This document shows positions 47,868 to 59,834 of a stretch of 64,000 bases of DNA, in pieces. The notes under the pieces are model-generated. The model had not been told where the DNA came from. It did no database searches and worked only from the letters and a program-made list of their open reading frames with translations. The stretch lies in assembly GCF_054482525.1 (NCBI RefSeq), contig NZ_CM137006.1. One strand, 5' to 3'. A program made the position numbers and the translations under genes. How positions within the stretch are numbered: position 1 is the stretch's first letter; every line of letters begins with the position of its first letter.

Positions 47868-49025
47868 ATGCACGTTACAGCCAAGCCCTCCAGTTTTCAA
47901 TGTAATCTCAAATGTGATTACTGTTTTTATCTTGAAAAAGAGTCGCAGTTTACTCATGAAAAATGGATGGATGACAGCACTCTGAAAGAGTTCATCAAAC
48001 AATATATCGCAGCGTCTGGCAATCAGGTCTATTTTACCTGGCAAGGCGGTGAACCCACTCTGGCTGGCCTGGATTTTTTCCGTAAAGTTATTCACTATCA
48101 ACAACGCTATGCAGGCCAAAAACGTATTTTTAATGCATTACAAACGAATGGCATTTTATTGAATAATGAATGGTGTGCCTTTCTCAAAGAACATGAGTTT
48201 TTGGTTGGTATCTCGATCGATGGACCCCAGGAGCTACATGACCGTTACAGACGCAGTAATTCAGGTAACGGTACTTTTGCAAAAGTGATAGCAGCCATCG
48301 AGCGTCTGAAATCATATCAAGTAGAGTTTAATACGTTAACCGTCATTAATAACGTTAATGTCCATTACCCTCTTGAGGTTTATCATTTTTTAAAATCTAT
48401 CGGCAGTAAACATATGCAATTTATCGAATTGCTCGAAACCGGGACGCCGAATATTGATTTCAGTGGTCATAGTGAGAACACATTCCGTATCATTGATTTT
48501 TCTGTGCCTCCCACGGCTTATGGCAAGTTTATGTCAACCATTTTTATGCAATGGGTTAAAAACGATGTGGGTGAAATTTTCATCCGTCAGTTTGAAAGCT
48601 TTGTCAGCCGTTTTTTGGGGAATGGGCATACCAGTTGTATTTTCCAGGAATCCTGCAAGGATAATCTGGTTGTTGAAAGTAATGGAGATATTTACGAATG
48701 CGACCATTTTGTCTATCCACAGTACAAAATTGGAAACATTAATAAATCTGAACTCAAAACGATGAACAGTGTTCAACTGACAGCGCAAAAAAAACGGATT
48801 TCCGCGAAATGTCAGCAATGTGCATATAAACCTATCTGCAATGGCGGTTGTCCTAAGCATCGTATTACTAAAGTAAACAATGAGACTGTTTCCTATTTTT
48901 GTGAAGGTTATAAAATCCTTTTTTCAACCATGGTGCCTTATATGAACGCCATGGTGGAGTTAGCTAAGAACAGAGTACCGCTTTACCACATCATGAATGT
49001 TGCAAGACAAATGGAGAATAATTAA
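47868..49025 (+). CDS. ydeM: Anaerobic sulfatase-maturating enzyme homologue (radical SAM)
   Basis: 385 aa from [21 protein letters not shown] (CxxxCxxC radical-SAM motif); ORF-track start 47853 is a TTG and was trimmed to the ATG. Confidence 0.85.
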   Translation: MHVTAKPSSFQCNLKCDYCFYLEKESQFTHEKWMDDSTLKEFIKQYIAASGNQVYFTWQGGEPTLAGLDFFRKVIHYQQRYAGQKRIFNALQTNGILLNNEWCAFLKEHEFLVGISIDGPQELHDRYRRSNSGNGTFAKVIAAIERLKSYQVEFNTLTVINNVNVHYPLEVYHFLKSIGSKHMQFIELLETGTPNIDFSGHSENTFRIIDFSVPPTAYGKFMSTIFMQWVKNDVGEIFIRQFESFVSRFLGNGHTSCIFQESCKDNLVVESNGDIYECDHFVYPQYKIGNINKSELKTMNSVQLTAQKKRISAKCQQCAYKPICNGGCPKHRITKVNNETVSYFCEGYKILFSTMVPYMNAMVELAKNRVPLYHIMNVARQMENN

Positions 49026-49078
49026 TAACGCTCCCTCTTAGCTCCAGTCTTAGCCTCCTTCTTATGACCTTAACAAGG

Positions 49079-49104
49079 CACCCGACATAAATTCCTGTCG
49101 GGTG
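49079..49104 (+). terminator. Rho-independent terminator after ydeM
   Basis: CACCCGACA-taaattcc-TGTCGGGTG followed by TTTCGTC. Confidence 0.55.
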
Positions 49105-49315
49105 TTTCGTCATCATCATCTTCCCTTGCGAAAATCCTGGCTTACGTGGTATTCGTCAGGGTATTAGCAATATCCTTGATTATCAATAGTATAACCATAA
49201 CTACTGAAAATGAAGTATTTCTTTATATTTCATATTGTTAAATGATACTTAAATAAATTTCATCAGTAAATCATTGCCATAGATAATCATTGGATGGCAC
49301 AATCAATTTTCGCTA

Positions 49316-51001
49316 ATGATAACCATTCCCATTACGTTTCGTATGTTGATAGCAAAGTATCTCTGTCTGCTGAAGCCCTTTTGGCTGCGTAAGAATAATA
49401 AAACTTCAGTGCTGTTAATCATTATTATCCTCGCCATGATCCTTGGCGTTGTTAAAATTCAGGTCTGGTTAAACGACTGGAATAATGATTTTTTCAATGC
49501 GCTAAGCCAGAAAGAAACCGATAAGCTTTGGCAGCTTGTTCTTTGGTTCCCTGCCCTGCTGGGGATCTTTGTATTAATATCTGTAAACAAAACATGGTTA
49601 ATTAAACTACTGACTATTCGCTGGCGCGAATGGTTAACAGATTACTACCTTAATCGCTGGTTTGCAGATAAAAACTACTACTTCACGCAAATCTACGGCG
49701 AGCATAAAAATACAGATAACCCTGACCAACGTATCGCTGAGGACATTCTCTTACTGATCAGTAAAACGCTCAACCTTTCATTTGGCTTCATCCAGTCGCT
49801 TAGCATGCTTATCACCTTTACCGTTATTCTTTGGCAAAGCGCGGGTACGCTCTCATTCACTGTTGGTGGAACAGAATGGAATATCCAGGGGTATATGGTC
49901 TATACCGTCGTGCTCATTGTGATCGGTGGAACTTTATTTACTCATAAGGTTGGTAAACGTATTCGTCCGCTTAATGTGGAAAAACAACGTAGCGAAGCGA
50001 CATTTCGAACTAATCTTGTGCAGCATAATAAGCAGGCTGAACTGATTGCGCTAAGCAATGCTGAGTCTCTACAACGCCAGGAGTTGAGCGACAATTTTCA
50101 TACCATTAAAGAGAACTGGCATCGTTTAATGAATCGTCAGCGGTGGCTTGATTACTGGCAGAATATTTATTCGCGCTCGCTTAGCGTTCTTCCCTACTTT
50201 CTGTTATTGCCGCAGTTTATTAGCGGACAGATCAATCTGGGCGGACTGATGAAATCGCGCCAGGCATTTATGCTGGTATCGAACAATTTAAGCTGGTTTA
50301 TTTATAAATATGATGAACTTGCTGAACTGGCTGCGGTTATCGATCGCTTGTATGAGTTCCATCAACTCACCGAACAGCGCCCTACAAATAAGCCTAAAAA
50401 TTGCCAACATGCGGTTCAAGTGGCTGACGCGAGTATTCGTACTCCTGATAATAAGGTCATATTAGAGAACCTGAACTTTCATGTTTCGCCAGGCAAATGG
50501 CTATTACTGAAAGGTTACTCTGGTGCGGGAAAAACCACACTGCTTAAAACATTATCCCACTGCTGGCCGTGGTTTAAAGGTGATATTTCGTCTCCTGCTG
50601 ACAGTTGGTATGTGTCACAAACACCGTTAATAAAAACCGGCTTACTGAAAGAGATAATTTGTAAAGCACTTCCCCTACCCGTGGATGATAAATCGTTGAG
50701 CGAAGTACTGCATCAGGTTGGTCTGGGGAAATTGGCTGCGCGTATTCATGACCACGATCGCTGGGGAGATATTCTTTCCAGCGGCGAAAAACAACGTATC
50801 GCGCTGGCACGATTAATTTTACGACGTCCGAAATGGATATTTCTTGACGAAACTACCTCTCATCTTGAGGAACAAGAGGCTATCCGCTTACTGCGTTTAG
50901 TGCGTGAAAAACTACCCTCAAGCGGCGTCATTATGGTTACACATCAACCCGGTGTCTGGAACCTGGCCGATGATATTTGTGACATTAGCGCGGTTTTATA
51001 A
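49316..51001 (+). CDS. yddA: ABC transporter, fused permease/ATP-binding protein YddA
   Basis: 561 aa; N-terminal TM region; C-terminal ABC ATPase with Walker A GYSGAGKTT and signature LSSGEKQR. Confidence 0.85.
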   Translation: MITIPITFRMLIAKYLCLLKPFWLRKNNKTSVLLIIIILAMILGVVKIQVWLNDWNNDFFNALSQKETDKLWQLVLWFPALLGIFVLISVNKTWLIKLLTIRWREWLTDYYLNRWFADKNYYFTQIYGEHKNTDNPDQRIAEDILLLISKTLNLSFGFIQSLSMLITFTVILWQSAGTLSFTVGGTEWNIQGYMVYTVVLIVIGGTLFTHKVGKRIRPLNVEKQRSEATFRTNLVQHNKQAELIALSNAESLQRQELSDNFHTIKENWHRLMNRQRWLDYWQNIYSRSLSVLPYFLLLPQFISGQINLGGLMKSRQAFMLVSNNLSWFIYKYDELAELAAVIDRLYEFHQLTEQRPTNKPKNCQHAVQVADASIRTPDNKVILENLNFHVSPGKWLLLKGYSGAGKTTLLKTLSHCWPWFKGDISSPADSWYVSQTPLIKTGLLKEIICKALPLPVDDKSLSEVLHQVGLGKLAARIHDHDRWGDILSSGEKQRIALARLILRRPKWIFLDETTSHLEEQEAIRLLRLVREKLPSSGVIMVTHQPGVWNLADDICDISAVL

Positions 51002-51038
51002 AAACAATAAAAGCCCTGCTGTACGGAGATAAAAATAA

Positions 51039-53411
51039 ATGAAGCGAGTTCTTATTCCTGGCGTCATTTTATGTGGCGCTGATGTGGCGCAGGCCGTCGA
51101 TGACAAAAACATGTACATGCATGTTTTTGAAGAGATGACGGTCTATGCTCCTGTCCCTGTACCCGTAAACGGCAACACGCATTACACCAGTGAAAGCATC
51201 GAGCGTTTACCGACCGGGAATGGCAATATCAGCGATCTGCTGAGAACAAACCCTGCGGTGCGCATGGATTCAACGCAAAGTACCTCGTTGAACCAGGGCG
51301 ATATTCGCCCGGAGAAAATCTCTATTCACGGTGCGTCGCCCTACCAGAATGCCTATTTGATTGACGGTATTAGTGCAACTAATAACCTGAACCCAGCGAA
51401 TGAGTCCGATGCCAGTAGTGCAACCAATATTAGCGGGATGTCACAGGGGTATTATCTTGATGTCAGCTTACTGGACAATGTGACGCTTTATGACAGTTTT
51501 GTGCCGGTTGAATTTGGTCGCTTCAATGGCGGGGTAATTGATGCAAAGATCAAACGCTTCAACGCTGATGATAGCAGCGTGAAACTGGGTTACCGCACTA
51601 CGCGTTCGGACTGGTTAACATCGCATATCGATGAGAATAACAAGAGCGCATTTAATCAAGGTTCTTCAGGAAGTACTTATTTCTCTCCAGATTTTAAAAA
51701 GAACTTTTATACCTTGTCGTTTAATCAGGAACTGGCTGATAACTTTGGCGTTACTGCCGGTTTATCGCGCCGCCAGTCTGATATCACCCGCGCGGATTAT
51801 GTTTCGAATGACGGCATTGTCGCCGGTCGGGCACAGTATAAAAATGTTATCGATACCGCATTGAGCAAATTTACCTGGTTTGCCAGCGACCGCTTTACCC
51901 ACGATTTAACCTTAAAATATACCGGCTCCAGTCGTGATTATAATACCAGCACCTTCCCGCAGTCTGATCGCGAAATGGGTAATAAATCCTACGGTCTGGC
52001 ATGGGATATGGATACGCAACTTGCATGGGCCAAACTACGTACCACCGTTGGTTGGGATCATATTAGTGATTATACCCGTCACGATCATGACATCTGGTAC
52101 ACCGAACTTTCATGTACATATGGTGATATTACAGGGCGTTGCACCCGTGGCGGATTAGGACACATTTCCCAGGCTGTAGATAATTACACCTTCAAAACAC
52201 GCCTGGACTGGCAAAAATTCACCGTGGGTAATGTTTCGCATCAACCCTACTTCGGCGCGGAATACATCTATTCCGATGCATGGACTGAACGCCATAACCA
52301 GTCTGAATCCTATGTGATTAATGCTGCCGGAAAGAAAACTAACCATACCATTTACCATAAAGGTAAAGGCAGCCTGGGAATTGACAACTACACGCTGTAT
52401 ATGGCGGATCGCATTAGCTGGCGTAATGTGTCATTAATGCCCGGCGTGCGGTATGACTATGACAACTATCTGTCAAACCACAATATCTCCCCGCGCTTTA
52501 TGACGGAATGGGATATTTTTGCTGATCAAACCTCAATGATTACCGCAGGTTATAACCGTTACTATGGCGGGAATATTCTTGATATGGGATTACGTGATAT
52601 CCGCAATAGCTGGACGGAATCGGTATCAGGCAATAAAACCCTGACGCGTTATCAGGATTTGAAAACACCTTATAACGATGAACTGGCAATGGGGTTGCAG
52701 CAGAAAATCGGTAAGAACGTTATTGCGCGTGCAAACTATGTTTATCGTGAAGCGCATGATCAAATCAGTAAAAGCAGTCGTACCGACAGCGCGACTAAAA
52801 CTACCATTACTGAATATAACAACGACGGCAAAACCAAAACGCATTCGTTCAACCTCAGTTTTGAACTGGCCGAACCCCTGCATATCAGCCAGGTAGATAT
52901 TAACCCGCAAATTGTCTTTAGCTATATCAAGAGCAAGGGCAACTTGTCGTTAAACAATGGTTATGAGGAAAGCAATACCGGTGATAACCAGGTGGTTTAT
53001 AACGGTAATCTGGTCTCTTACGATAGCGTTCCAGTGGCAGATTTTAATAACCCATTAAAGATCTCCTTAAACATGGATTTCACGCATCAACCGAGCGGGT
53101 TGGTGTGGGCGAATACGCTGGCCTGGCAAGAAGCGCGTAAAGCTCGCATTATCCTTGGTAAGACAAATGCGCAATACATCAGTGAATATTCAGATTACAA
53201 GCAGTATGTTGACGAAAAACTGGATAGCAGCCTGACCTGGGACACCCGCTTGTCCTGGACGCCACAATTTTTTAAACAACAAAACCTGACGATCAGTGCC
53301 GATATTCTCAATGTACTGGATAGCAAAACCGCGGTTGATACAACGAATACCGGTGTGGCGACCTACGCCAGTGGCCGTACTTTCTGGCTTGATGTCAGCA
53401 TGAGATTTTAA
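51039..53411 (+). CDS. yddB: TonB-dependent-receptor-like outer-membrane protein YddB
   Basis: 790 aa with signal peptide, beta-barrel character, C-terminal aromatic residue (F); follows yddA as in K-12. Confidence 0.8.
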   Translation: MKRVLIPGVILCGADVAQAVDDKNMYMHVFEEMTVYAPVPVPVNGNTHYTSESIERLPTGNGNISDLLRTNPAVRMDSTQSTSLNQGDIRPEKISIHGASPYQNAYLIDGISATNNLNPANESDASSATNISGMSQGYYLDVSLLDNVTLYDSFVPVEFGRFNGGVIDAKIKRFNADDSSVKLGYRTTRSDWLTSHIDENNKSAFNQGSSGSTYFSPDFKKNFYTLSFNQELADNFGVTAGLSRRQSDITRADYVSNDGIVAGRAQYKNVIDTALSKFTWFASDRFTHDLTLKYTGSSRDYNTSTFPQSDREMGNKSYGLAWDMDTQLAWAKLRTTVGWDHISDYTRHDHDIWYTELSCTYGDITGRCTRGGLGHISQAVDNYTFKTRLDWQKFTVGNVSHQPYFGAEYIYSDAWTERHNQSESYVINAAGKKTNHTIYHKGKGSLGIDNYTLYMADRISWRNVSLMPGVRYDYDNYLSNHNISPRFMTEWDIFADQTSMITAGYNRYYGGNILDMGLRDIRNSWTESVSGNKTLTRYQDLKTPYNDELAMGLQQKIGKNVIARANYVYREAHDQISKSSRTDSATKTTITEYNNDGKTKTHSFNLSFELAEPLHISQVDINPQIVFSYIKSKGNLSLNNGYEESNTGDNQVVYNGNLVSYDSVPVADFNNPLKISLNMDFTHQPSGLVWANTLAWQEARKARIILGKTNAQYISEYSDYKQYVDEKLDSSLTWDTRLSWTPQFFKQQNLTISADILNVLDSKTAVDTTNTGVATYASGRTFWLDVSMRF

Positions 53412-53455
53412 TAGTTCGGATTTTACTTAACCGGGTAAATTCGCCCGGTTTTCGC

Positions 53456-56251
53456 ATGGAGATAATTATGAGAAACCTCTGTTTCTTACTGACGTTAGTG
53501 GCAACTCTGTTGCTCCCCGGGCGACTGTTTGCCGCCGCCTTACCGCAGGATGAAAAGTTAATTACCGGGCAACTGGACAATGGCTTGCGATATATGATTT
53601 ATCCGCATGCTCAACCAAAGGATCAGGTAAATTTATGGCTGCAAATTCATACGGGTTCATTGCAGGAAGAAGCCAATGAGCGCGGCGTGGCTCATTTTGT
53701 AGAACATATGATGTTTAACGGCACAAAAACATGGCCGGGTAATAAAGTCATCGAAACATTTGAGTCGATGGGTCTGCGCTTTGGTCGCGATGTTAATGCC
53801 TATACCAGCTATGACGAAACGGTGTATCAGGTGAGTTTGCCGACTACGCAGAAACAAAATCTGCAACAAGTGATGGCAATATTCAGTGAATGGGGTAATG
53901 CCGCAACCTTTGATAAACTCGAAGTAGACGCTGAACGCGGCGTAATTACTGAGGAATGGCGTGCCCATCAGGATGTGAAATGGCGCACCTCTCAGGCACG
54001 CCGCCCTTTCCTGCTGGCAAATACCCGTAATTTAGACCGTGAACCTATCGGCCTGATGGATACTGTCGCCACGGTCACACCGGCACAATTGCGCCAATTT
54101 TATCAACGCTGGTATCAACCAAATAATATGACCTTTATCGTGGTCGGCGATATTGACAGTAAAGAAGCGCTGGCGCTGATAAAGGATAATTTAAGTAAGC
54201 TTACGGCTAACAAAGCAGCTGAAAATCGCGTCTGGCCGACTAAAGCAGAAAACCACCTGCGCTTTAATATCATTAATGATAAAGAAAACCGGGTGAACGG
54301 CATCGCTCTCTATTATCGCCTGCCAATGGTACAAGTGAACGATGAGCAAAGCTTTATCGAACAAGCTGAATGGAGCATGTTAGTTCAGCTGTTCAATCAA
54401 CGTCTGCAGGAACGCATACAGTCGGGCGAGTTGAAGACTATTTCTGGCGGCACTGCGCGCAGCGTTAAAATTGCACCCGATTATCAGTCGCTGTTTTTCC
54501 GTGTAAATGCACGAGACGATAATATGCAGGATGCTGCGAATGCATTAATGGCAGAGTTGGCAACCATTGATCAGCATGGTTTTTCTGCTGAAGAACTCGA
54601 TGATGTCAAATCTACCCGCCTCACCTGGCTGAAAAATGCGGTTGATCAGCAAGCTGAACGTGATTTACGTATGCTGACCAGTCGCCTGGCATCCAGCTCA
54701 TTAAATAATACGCCGTTCTTGTCGCCGGAAGAGACATATCAACTTTCGAAACGTCTGTGGCAGCAAATTACCGTGCAAAGTCTGGCGAAAAAATGGCAGC
54801 AGTTAAGAAAGAACCAGGACGCATTTTGGGAGCAAATGGTAAACAATGAGGTTGCCGCCAAAAAAGCATTGTCTCCTGCGGCTATCCTGGCGCTGGAAAA
54901 AGAGTACGCCAACAAAAAGCTGGCGGCTTACATCTTCCCAGGCAGAAATTTATCGTTAACAGTAGACGCTGACCCACAGGCGGAAATTAGCAGCAAAGAA
55001 ACGCTGGCTGAGAATCTGACATCATTAACACTTTCTAATGGTGCCAGGGTTATTCTGGCAAAATCCGCGGGTGAAGAGCAAAAGCTACAAATTACTGCCG
55101 TATCTAATAAAGGCGATTTAAGTTTCCCTGCGCAGCAAAAATCACTTATCGCGCTGGCAAATAAAGCAGTAAGCGGAAGCGGCGTTGGTGAACTCTCCTC
55201 TTCCAGCCTGAAACGCTGGAGTGCGGAAAACTCGGTAACCATGAGCAGTAAAGTCAGTGGCATGAATACGTTGCTCTCCGTTAGCGCGCGGGCTAATAAC
55301 CCTGAACCTGGTTTCCAGTTGATTAACCAGCGAATCACCCACAGCACGATTAACGACAATATTTGGGCATCGCTACAAAATGCTCAAATTCAGGCGTTGA
55401 AAACGCTCGACCAGCGTCCAGCGGAGAAATTCGCCCAGCAGATGTATGAGACGCGCTATGCTGATAACCGCACGAAATTACTGCAAGAAAATCAGATTGC
55501 ACAGTTTACTGCCGCAGATGCGCTGGCTGCCGATCGCCAGTTGTTTTCATCTCCAGCGGATATCACGTTTGTCATTGTCGGTGATGTCGCAGAAGACAAA
55601 CTTCTTCCGTTAATTACGCGTTACTTAGGCTCAATCAAACACTATGATTCGCCATTAGCCGCAGGTAAACCATTAACTCGCGCGACGGACAATGCATCGG
55701 TTACGGTAAAAGAACAAAATGAACCTGTGGTACAGGTTTCACAGTGGAAGCGTTATGATTCCTGGACACCTGTAAATCTGGCGACGCGTATGGCGCTCGA
55801 TGCTTTTAACGTCGCACTGGCAAAAGATCTACGCATTAATATTCGTGAACAGGCATCTGGGGCATACAGCGTTTCTTCTCGCCTCTCGATTGATCCTCAG
55901 GCCAAAGATATCAGTCATTTGCTGGCTTTTACTTGTCAACCGGAACGACATGATGAACTGTTAACGTTAGCGAATGAAGTGATGGTTAAGCGTCTGGCTA
56001 AAGGGATCAGTGAGCAAGAACTGAACGAATACCAGCAAAACGTTCAGCGCAGCCTCGATATCCAACAGCGTAGCGTTCAACAATTAGCGAACACCATTGT
56101 AAATAGTCTTATTCAATATGACGATCCTGCAGCATGGACTGAGCAGGAGCAATTGTTGAAACAAATGACGGTAGAGAATGTTAACACTGCCGTTAAACAA
56201 TATCTTTCTCATCCGGTGAATACCTATACCGGAGTATTATTGCCAAAATAA
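53456..56251 (+). CDS. pqqL: Periplasmic zinc metalloprotease PqqL (M16 family)
   Basis: 931 aa; inverted zinc-binding motif HFVEH; signal peptide; alternative start at 53468 (MRNLC, GGAG Shine-Dalgarno) because a hairpin at 53429-53450 ends 6 bp before 53456. Confidence 0.85.
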   Translation: MEIIMRNLCFLLTLVATLLLPGRLFAAALPQDEKLITGQLDNGLRYMIYPHAQPKDQVNLWLQIHTGSLQEEANERGVAHFVEHMMFNGTKTWPGNKVIETFESMGLRFGRDVNAYTSYDETVYQVSLPTTQKQNLQQVMAIFSEWGNAATFDKLEVDAERGVITEEWRAHQDVKWRTSQARRPFLLANTRNLDREPIGLMDTVATVTPAQLRQFYQRWYQPNNMTFIVVGDIDSKEALALIKDNLSKLTANKAAENRVWPTKAENHLRFNIINDKENRVNGIALYYRLPMVQVNDEQSFIEQAEWSMLVQLFNQRLQERIQSGELKTISGGTARSVKIAPDYQSLFFRVNARDDNMQDAANALMAELATIDQHGFSAEELDDVKSTRLTWLKNAVDQQAERDLRMLTSRLASSSLNNTPFLSPEETYQLSKRLWQQITVQSLAKKWQQLRKNQDAFWEQMVNNEVAAKKALSPAAILALEKEYANKKLAAYIFPGRNLSLTVDADPQAEISSKETLAENLTSLTLSNGARVILAKSAGEEQKLQITAVSNKGDLSFPAQQKSLIALANKAVSGSGVGELSSSSLKRWSAENSVTMSSKVSGMNTLLSVSARANNPEPGFQLINQRITHSTINDNIWASLQNAQIQALKTLDQRPAEKFAQQMYETRYADNRTKLLQENQIAQFTAADALAADRQLFSSPADITFVIVGDVAEDKLLPLITRYLGSIKHYDSPLAAGKPLTRATDNASVTVKEQNEPVVQVSQWKRYDSWTPVNLATRMALDAFNVALAKDLRINIREQASGAYSVSSRLSIDPQAKDISHLLAFTCQPERHDELLTLANEVMVKRLAKGISEQELNEYQQNVQRSLDIQQRSVQQLANTIVNSLIQYDDPAAWTEQEQLLKQMTVENVNTAVKQYLSHPVNTYTGVLLPK

Positions 56252-56513
56252 TAACAGCCCCGTCAACACCTCGTTGGCGGGGATTTTAGCAATATTCGCC
56301 ATTTTTATGTAATAATTTTATAAATGCGTTCAAAATAATAGCCGAGTGCTAATAATGATATTTTAAGGTCTGATTTTTACGCGATAATTCATGAGGCATA
56401 GAAAGCGCATAAAAATAACAACATAAAACACCTTACTACCACCCAACAATTCTCTATTGTATTGTTTTTTAATGAAAAAACATTATTCGCGCAATATTTC
56501 ACGATAAATAACA

Positions 56514-56533
56514 TTAGGATTTTGTTATTTAAA
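56514..56533 (+). promoter_or_regulatory. GAD box (GadE binding site) upstream of gadB
   Basis: Exact 20-mer TTAGGATTTTGTTATTTAAA, the recalled GAD-box sequence, 80 bp upstream of the gadB ATG. Confidence 0.75.
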
Positions 56534-56612
56534 CCCGAGTCCTTTGCACTTGCTTACTTTATCGATAAATCCTACTTTTTTAATGCGATCCAATCATTTT
56601 AAGGAGTTTAAA

Positions 56613-58013
56613 ATGGATAAGAAGCAAGTAACGGATTTAAGGTCGGAACTACTCGATTCACGTTTTGGTGCGAAGTCTATTTCCACTATCGCAGAATCAA
56701 AACGTTTTCCGCTGCACGAAATGCGCGATGATGTCGCATTCCAGATTATCAATGACGAATTATATCTTGATGGCAACGCTCGTCAGAACCTGGCCACTTT
56801 CTGCCAGACCTGGGACGACGAAAATGTCCATAAGTTGATGGATTTATCCATTAACAAAAACTGGATCGACAAAGAAGAATATCCGCAATCTGCAGCCATC
56901 GACCTGCGTTGCGTAAACATGGTTGCCGATCTGTGGCATGCGCCTGCGCCGAAAAATGGTCAGGCCGTTGGCACCAACACCATTGGTTCTTCCGAGGCCT
57001 GTATGCTCGGCGGGATGGCGATGAAATGGCGTTGGCGCAAGCGTATGGAAGCCGCAGGCAAACCAACAGATAAACCAAACCTGGTGTGCGGTCCGGTACA
57101 AATCTGCTGGCATAAATTCGCCCGCTACTGGGATGTGGAGCTGCGTGAGATCCCTATGCGCCCCGGTCAGTTGTTTATGGACCCGAAACGCATGATTGAA
57201 GCCTGCGACGAAAACACCATCGGCGTGGTGCCGACTTTCGGCGTGACCTATACCGGTAACTATGAGTTCCCGCAACCGCTGCACGATGCGCTGGATAAAT
57301 TCCAGGCCGACACCGGCATCGACATCGACATGCACATCGACGCCGCCAGCGGTGGCTTCCTGGCACCGTTCGTCGCCCCGGATATCGTCTGGGACTTCCG
57401 CCTGCCGCGTGTGAAATCGATCAGTGCTTCAGGCCATAAATTCGGTCTGGCTCCGCTGGGCTGTGGCTGGGTTATCTGGCGTGATGAAGAAGCGCTGCCG
57501 CAGGAACTGGTGTTCAACGTTGACTATCTCGGTGGTCAGATTGGGACTTTCGCCATCAACTTCTCCCGCCCGGCGGGTCAGGTGATTGCACAGTACTATG
57601 AATTCCTGCGCCTTGGTCGTGAAGGCTATACCAAAGTACAGAACGCTTCCTACCAGGTCGCTGCCTATCTGGCGGATGAAATCGCCAAACTGGGGCCGTA
57701 TGAGTTCATCTGTACCGGTCGCCCGGACGAAGGCATTCCGGCGGTTTGCTTCAAACTGAAAGATGGTGAAGATCCGGGATACACCCTGTATGACCTCTCT
57801 GAACGTCTGCGTCTGCGCGGCTGGCAGGTTCCAGCCTTCACTCTCGGCGGTGAAGCCACTGACATCGTGGTGATGCGCATTATGTGTCGTCGCGGCTTCG
57901 AAATGGACTTTGCTGAACTGTTGCTGGAAGACTACAAAGCCTCCCTGAAATATCTCAGCGATCACCCGAAACTGCAGGGTATTGCCCAGCAGAACAGCTT
58001 TAAACATACCTGA
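56613..58013 (+). CDS. gadB: Glutamate decarboxylase beta (PLP-dependent)
   Basis: 466 aa from [19 protein letters not shown]; immediately upstream of gadC; ORF-track ORF 56544-58013 trimmed to the homologous ATG. Confidence 0.93.
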   Translation: MDKKQVTDLRSELLDSRFGAKSISTIAESKRFPLHEMRDDVAFQIINDELYLDGNARQNLATFCQTWDDENVHKLMDLSINKNWIDKEEYPQSAAIDLRCVNMVADLWHAPAPKNGQAVGTNTIGSSEACMLGGMAMKWRWRKRMEAAGKPTDKPNLVCGPVQICWHKFARYWDVELREIPMRPGQLFMDPKRMIEACDENTIGVVPTFGVTYTGNYEFPQPLHDALDKFQADTGIDIDMHIDAASGGFLAPFVAPDIVWDFRLPRVKSISASGHKFGLAPLGCGWVIWRDEEALPQELVFNVDYLGGQIGTFAINFSRPAGQVIAQYYEFLRLGREGYTKVQNASYQVAAYLADEIAKLGPYEFICTGRPDEGIPAVCFKLKDGEDPGYTLYDLSERLRLRGWQVPAFTLGGEATDIVVMRIMCRRGFEMDFAELLLEDYKASLKYLSDHPKLQGIAQQNSFKHT

Positions 58014-58023
58014 TAACGTTTAA

Positions 58024-58049
58024 CGGTAACGGTGTCCCGAAACGCACCC
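58024..58049 (+). terminator. Stem-loop in the gadB-gadC intergenic region (attenuator or partial terminator)
   Basis: GTCCCGAAACG-cacc-CGTTTCGGGAC (11-bp stem). Confidence 0.4.
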
Positions 58050-58168
58050 GTTTCGGGACAATTTCCAAAGTCTGTTCACTGGCATTAGCAACGGAAAATA
58101 TTGTTCTGAATACGCTTCAGAACAAAACAGGTGCGGTTCCGACAGGAATACCGTTTTAGGGGGATAAT

Positions 58169-59704
58169 ATGGCTACATCAGTACAGACAGGTAAAGCTAA
58201 GCAGCTCACATTACTCGGATTTTTTGCCATAACGGCATCGATGGTAATGGCTGTTTATGAATACCCTACCTTCGCAACATCGGGCTTTTCATTAGTCTTC
58301 TTCCTGCTATTAGGCGGGATTTTATGGTTTATTCCCGTGGGACTTTGTGCTGCGGAAATGGCCACCGTCGACGGCTGGGAAGAAGGTGGTGTCTTCGCCT
58401 GGGTATCAAATACTCTGGGGCCGAGATGGGGATTTGCAGCGATCTCATTTGGCTATCTGCAAATCGCCATTGGTTTTATTCCGATGCTCTATTTCGTGTT
58501 AGGGGCACTCTCCTACATCCTGAAATGGCCAGCGCTGAATGAAGACCCCATTACCAAAACTATTGCAGCACTCATCATTCTTTGGGCGCTGGCATTAACG
58601 CAGTTTGGTGGCACGAAATACACGGCGCGAATCGCTAAAGTTGGCTTCTTCGCCGGTATCCTGTTACCTGCATTTATTTTGATCGCATTAGCGGCTATTT
58701 ATTTGCACTCCGGTGCCCCCGTTGCTATCGAAATGGATTCGAAGACCTTCTTCCCTGACTTCTCTAAAGTGGGCACCCTGGTTGTATTTGTTGCCTTCAT
58801 TTTGAGTTATATGGGGGTAGAAGCATCTGCAACCCACGTCAATGAAATGAGCAACCCAGGGCGCGACTATCCGTTGGCTATGTTACTGCTGATGGTGGCG
58901 GCAATCTGCTTAAGCTCTGTTGGCGGTTTGTCTATTGCGATGGTCATTCCGGGTAATGAAATCAACCTCTCCGCAGGGGTAATGCAAACCTTTACCGTTC
59001 TGATGTCCCATGTGGCACCGGAAATTGAGTGGACGGTTCGCGTGATCTCCGCACTGCTGTTGCTGGGTGTTCTGGCGGAAATCGCTTCCTGGATTGTTGG
59101 CCCTTCTCGCGGTATGTATGTGACTGCGCAGAAAAACCTGCTACCCGCTGCGTTCGCCAAAATGAATAAAAATGGCGTGCCAGTAACGCTGGTTATTTCT
59201 CAGTTGGTAATTACTTCCATCGCGTTGATTATCCTCACCAATACTGGTGGTGGTAACAACATGTCCTTCCTGATCGCACTGGCGCTGACGGTGGTGATTT
59301 ATCTGTGTGCTTATTTCATGCTGTTTATTGGCTACATTGTGTTGGTTCTTAAACATCCTGACTTAAAACGCACATTTAATATCCCTGGTGGTAAAGGGGT
59401 GAAACTGGTCGTGGCTGTTGTCGGTCTGCTGACTTCAATTATGGCGTTTATTGTTTCCTTCCTGCCGCCGGATAACATCCAGGGTGACTCTACCGATATG
59501 TATGTTGAATTACTGGTCGTTAGTTTCCTGGTGGTACTTGCCCTGCCCTTTATTCTCTATGCTGTTCATGATCGTAAAGGCAAAGCGAATACCGGCGTCA
59601 CTCTGGAGCCAATCAACAGTAAGAACGCACCAAAAGGTCACTTCTTCCTGCACCCGCGTGCACGTTCACCACACTATATTGTGATGAATGACAAGAAACA
59701 CTAA
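58169..59704 (+). CDS. gadC: Glutamate:GABA antiporter
   Basis: 511 aa, polytopic membrane protein (APC family); follows gadB. Confidence 0.93.
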   Translation: MATSVQTGKAKQLTLLGFFAITASMVMAVYEYPTFATSGFSLVFFLLLGGILWFIPVGLCAAEMATVDGWEEGGVFAWVSNTLGPRWGFAAISFGYLQIAIGFIPMLYFVLGALSYILKWPALNEDPITKTIAALIILWALALTQFGGTKYTARIAKVGFFAGILLPAFILIALAAIYLHSGAPVAIEMDSKTFFPDFSKVGTLVVFVAFILSYMGVEASATHVNEMSNPGRDYPLAMLLLMVAAICLSSVGGLSIAMVIPGNEINLSAGVMQTFTVLMSHVAPEIEWTVRVISALLLLGVLAEIASWIVGPSRGMYVTAQKNLLPAAFAKMNKNGVPVTLVISQLVITSIALIILTNTGGGNNMSFLIALALTVVIYLCAYFMLFIGYIVLVLKHPDLKRTFNIPGGKGVKLVVAVVGLLTSIMAFIVSFLPPDNIQGDSTDMYVELLVVSFLVVLALPFILYAVHDRKGKANTGVTLEPINSKNAPKGHFFLHPRARSPHYIVMNDKKH

Positions 59705-59728
59705 CCGTGGCTGAATGGTTATAAGACA

Positions 59729-59753
59729 AGGGAGCGATAATTCATCGCTCCCT
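59729..59753 (+). terminator. Rho-independent terminator after gadC
   Basis: AGGGAGCGAT-aattc-ATCGCTCCCT followed by TTTTCGT. Confidence 0.7.
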
Positions 59754-59834
59754 TTTTCGTGCTCGCTGTCGTATTGACTTAACCGGGATAAGTACGAGAA
59801 TGAGCGCACATCTGTTTACCGGAAACCAGCATAT

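Noticed and set aside
56844-58007. Several minus-strand ORFs (163, 192, 85, 75, 63, 71 aa) inside gadB
   Set aside because: Antisense chance ORFs in a GC-rich, strongly codon-biased gene; Arg/Cys-rich low-complexity translations.
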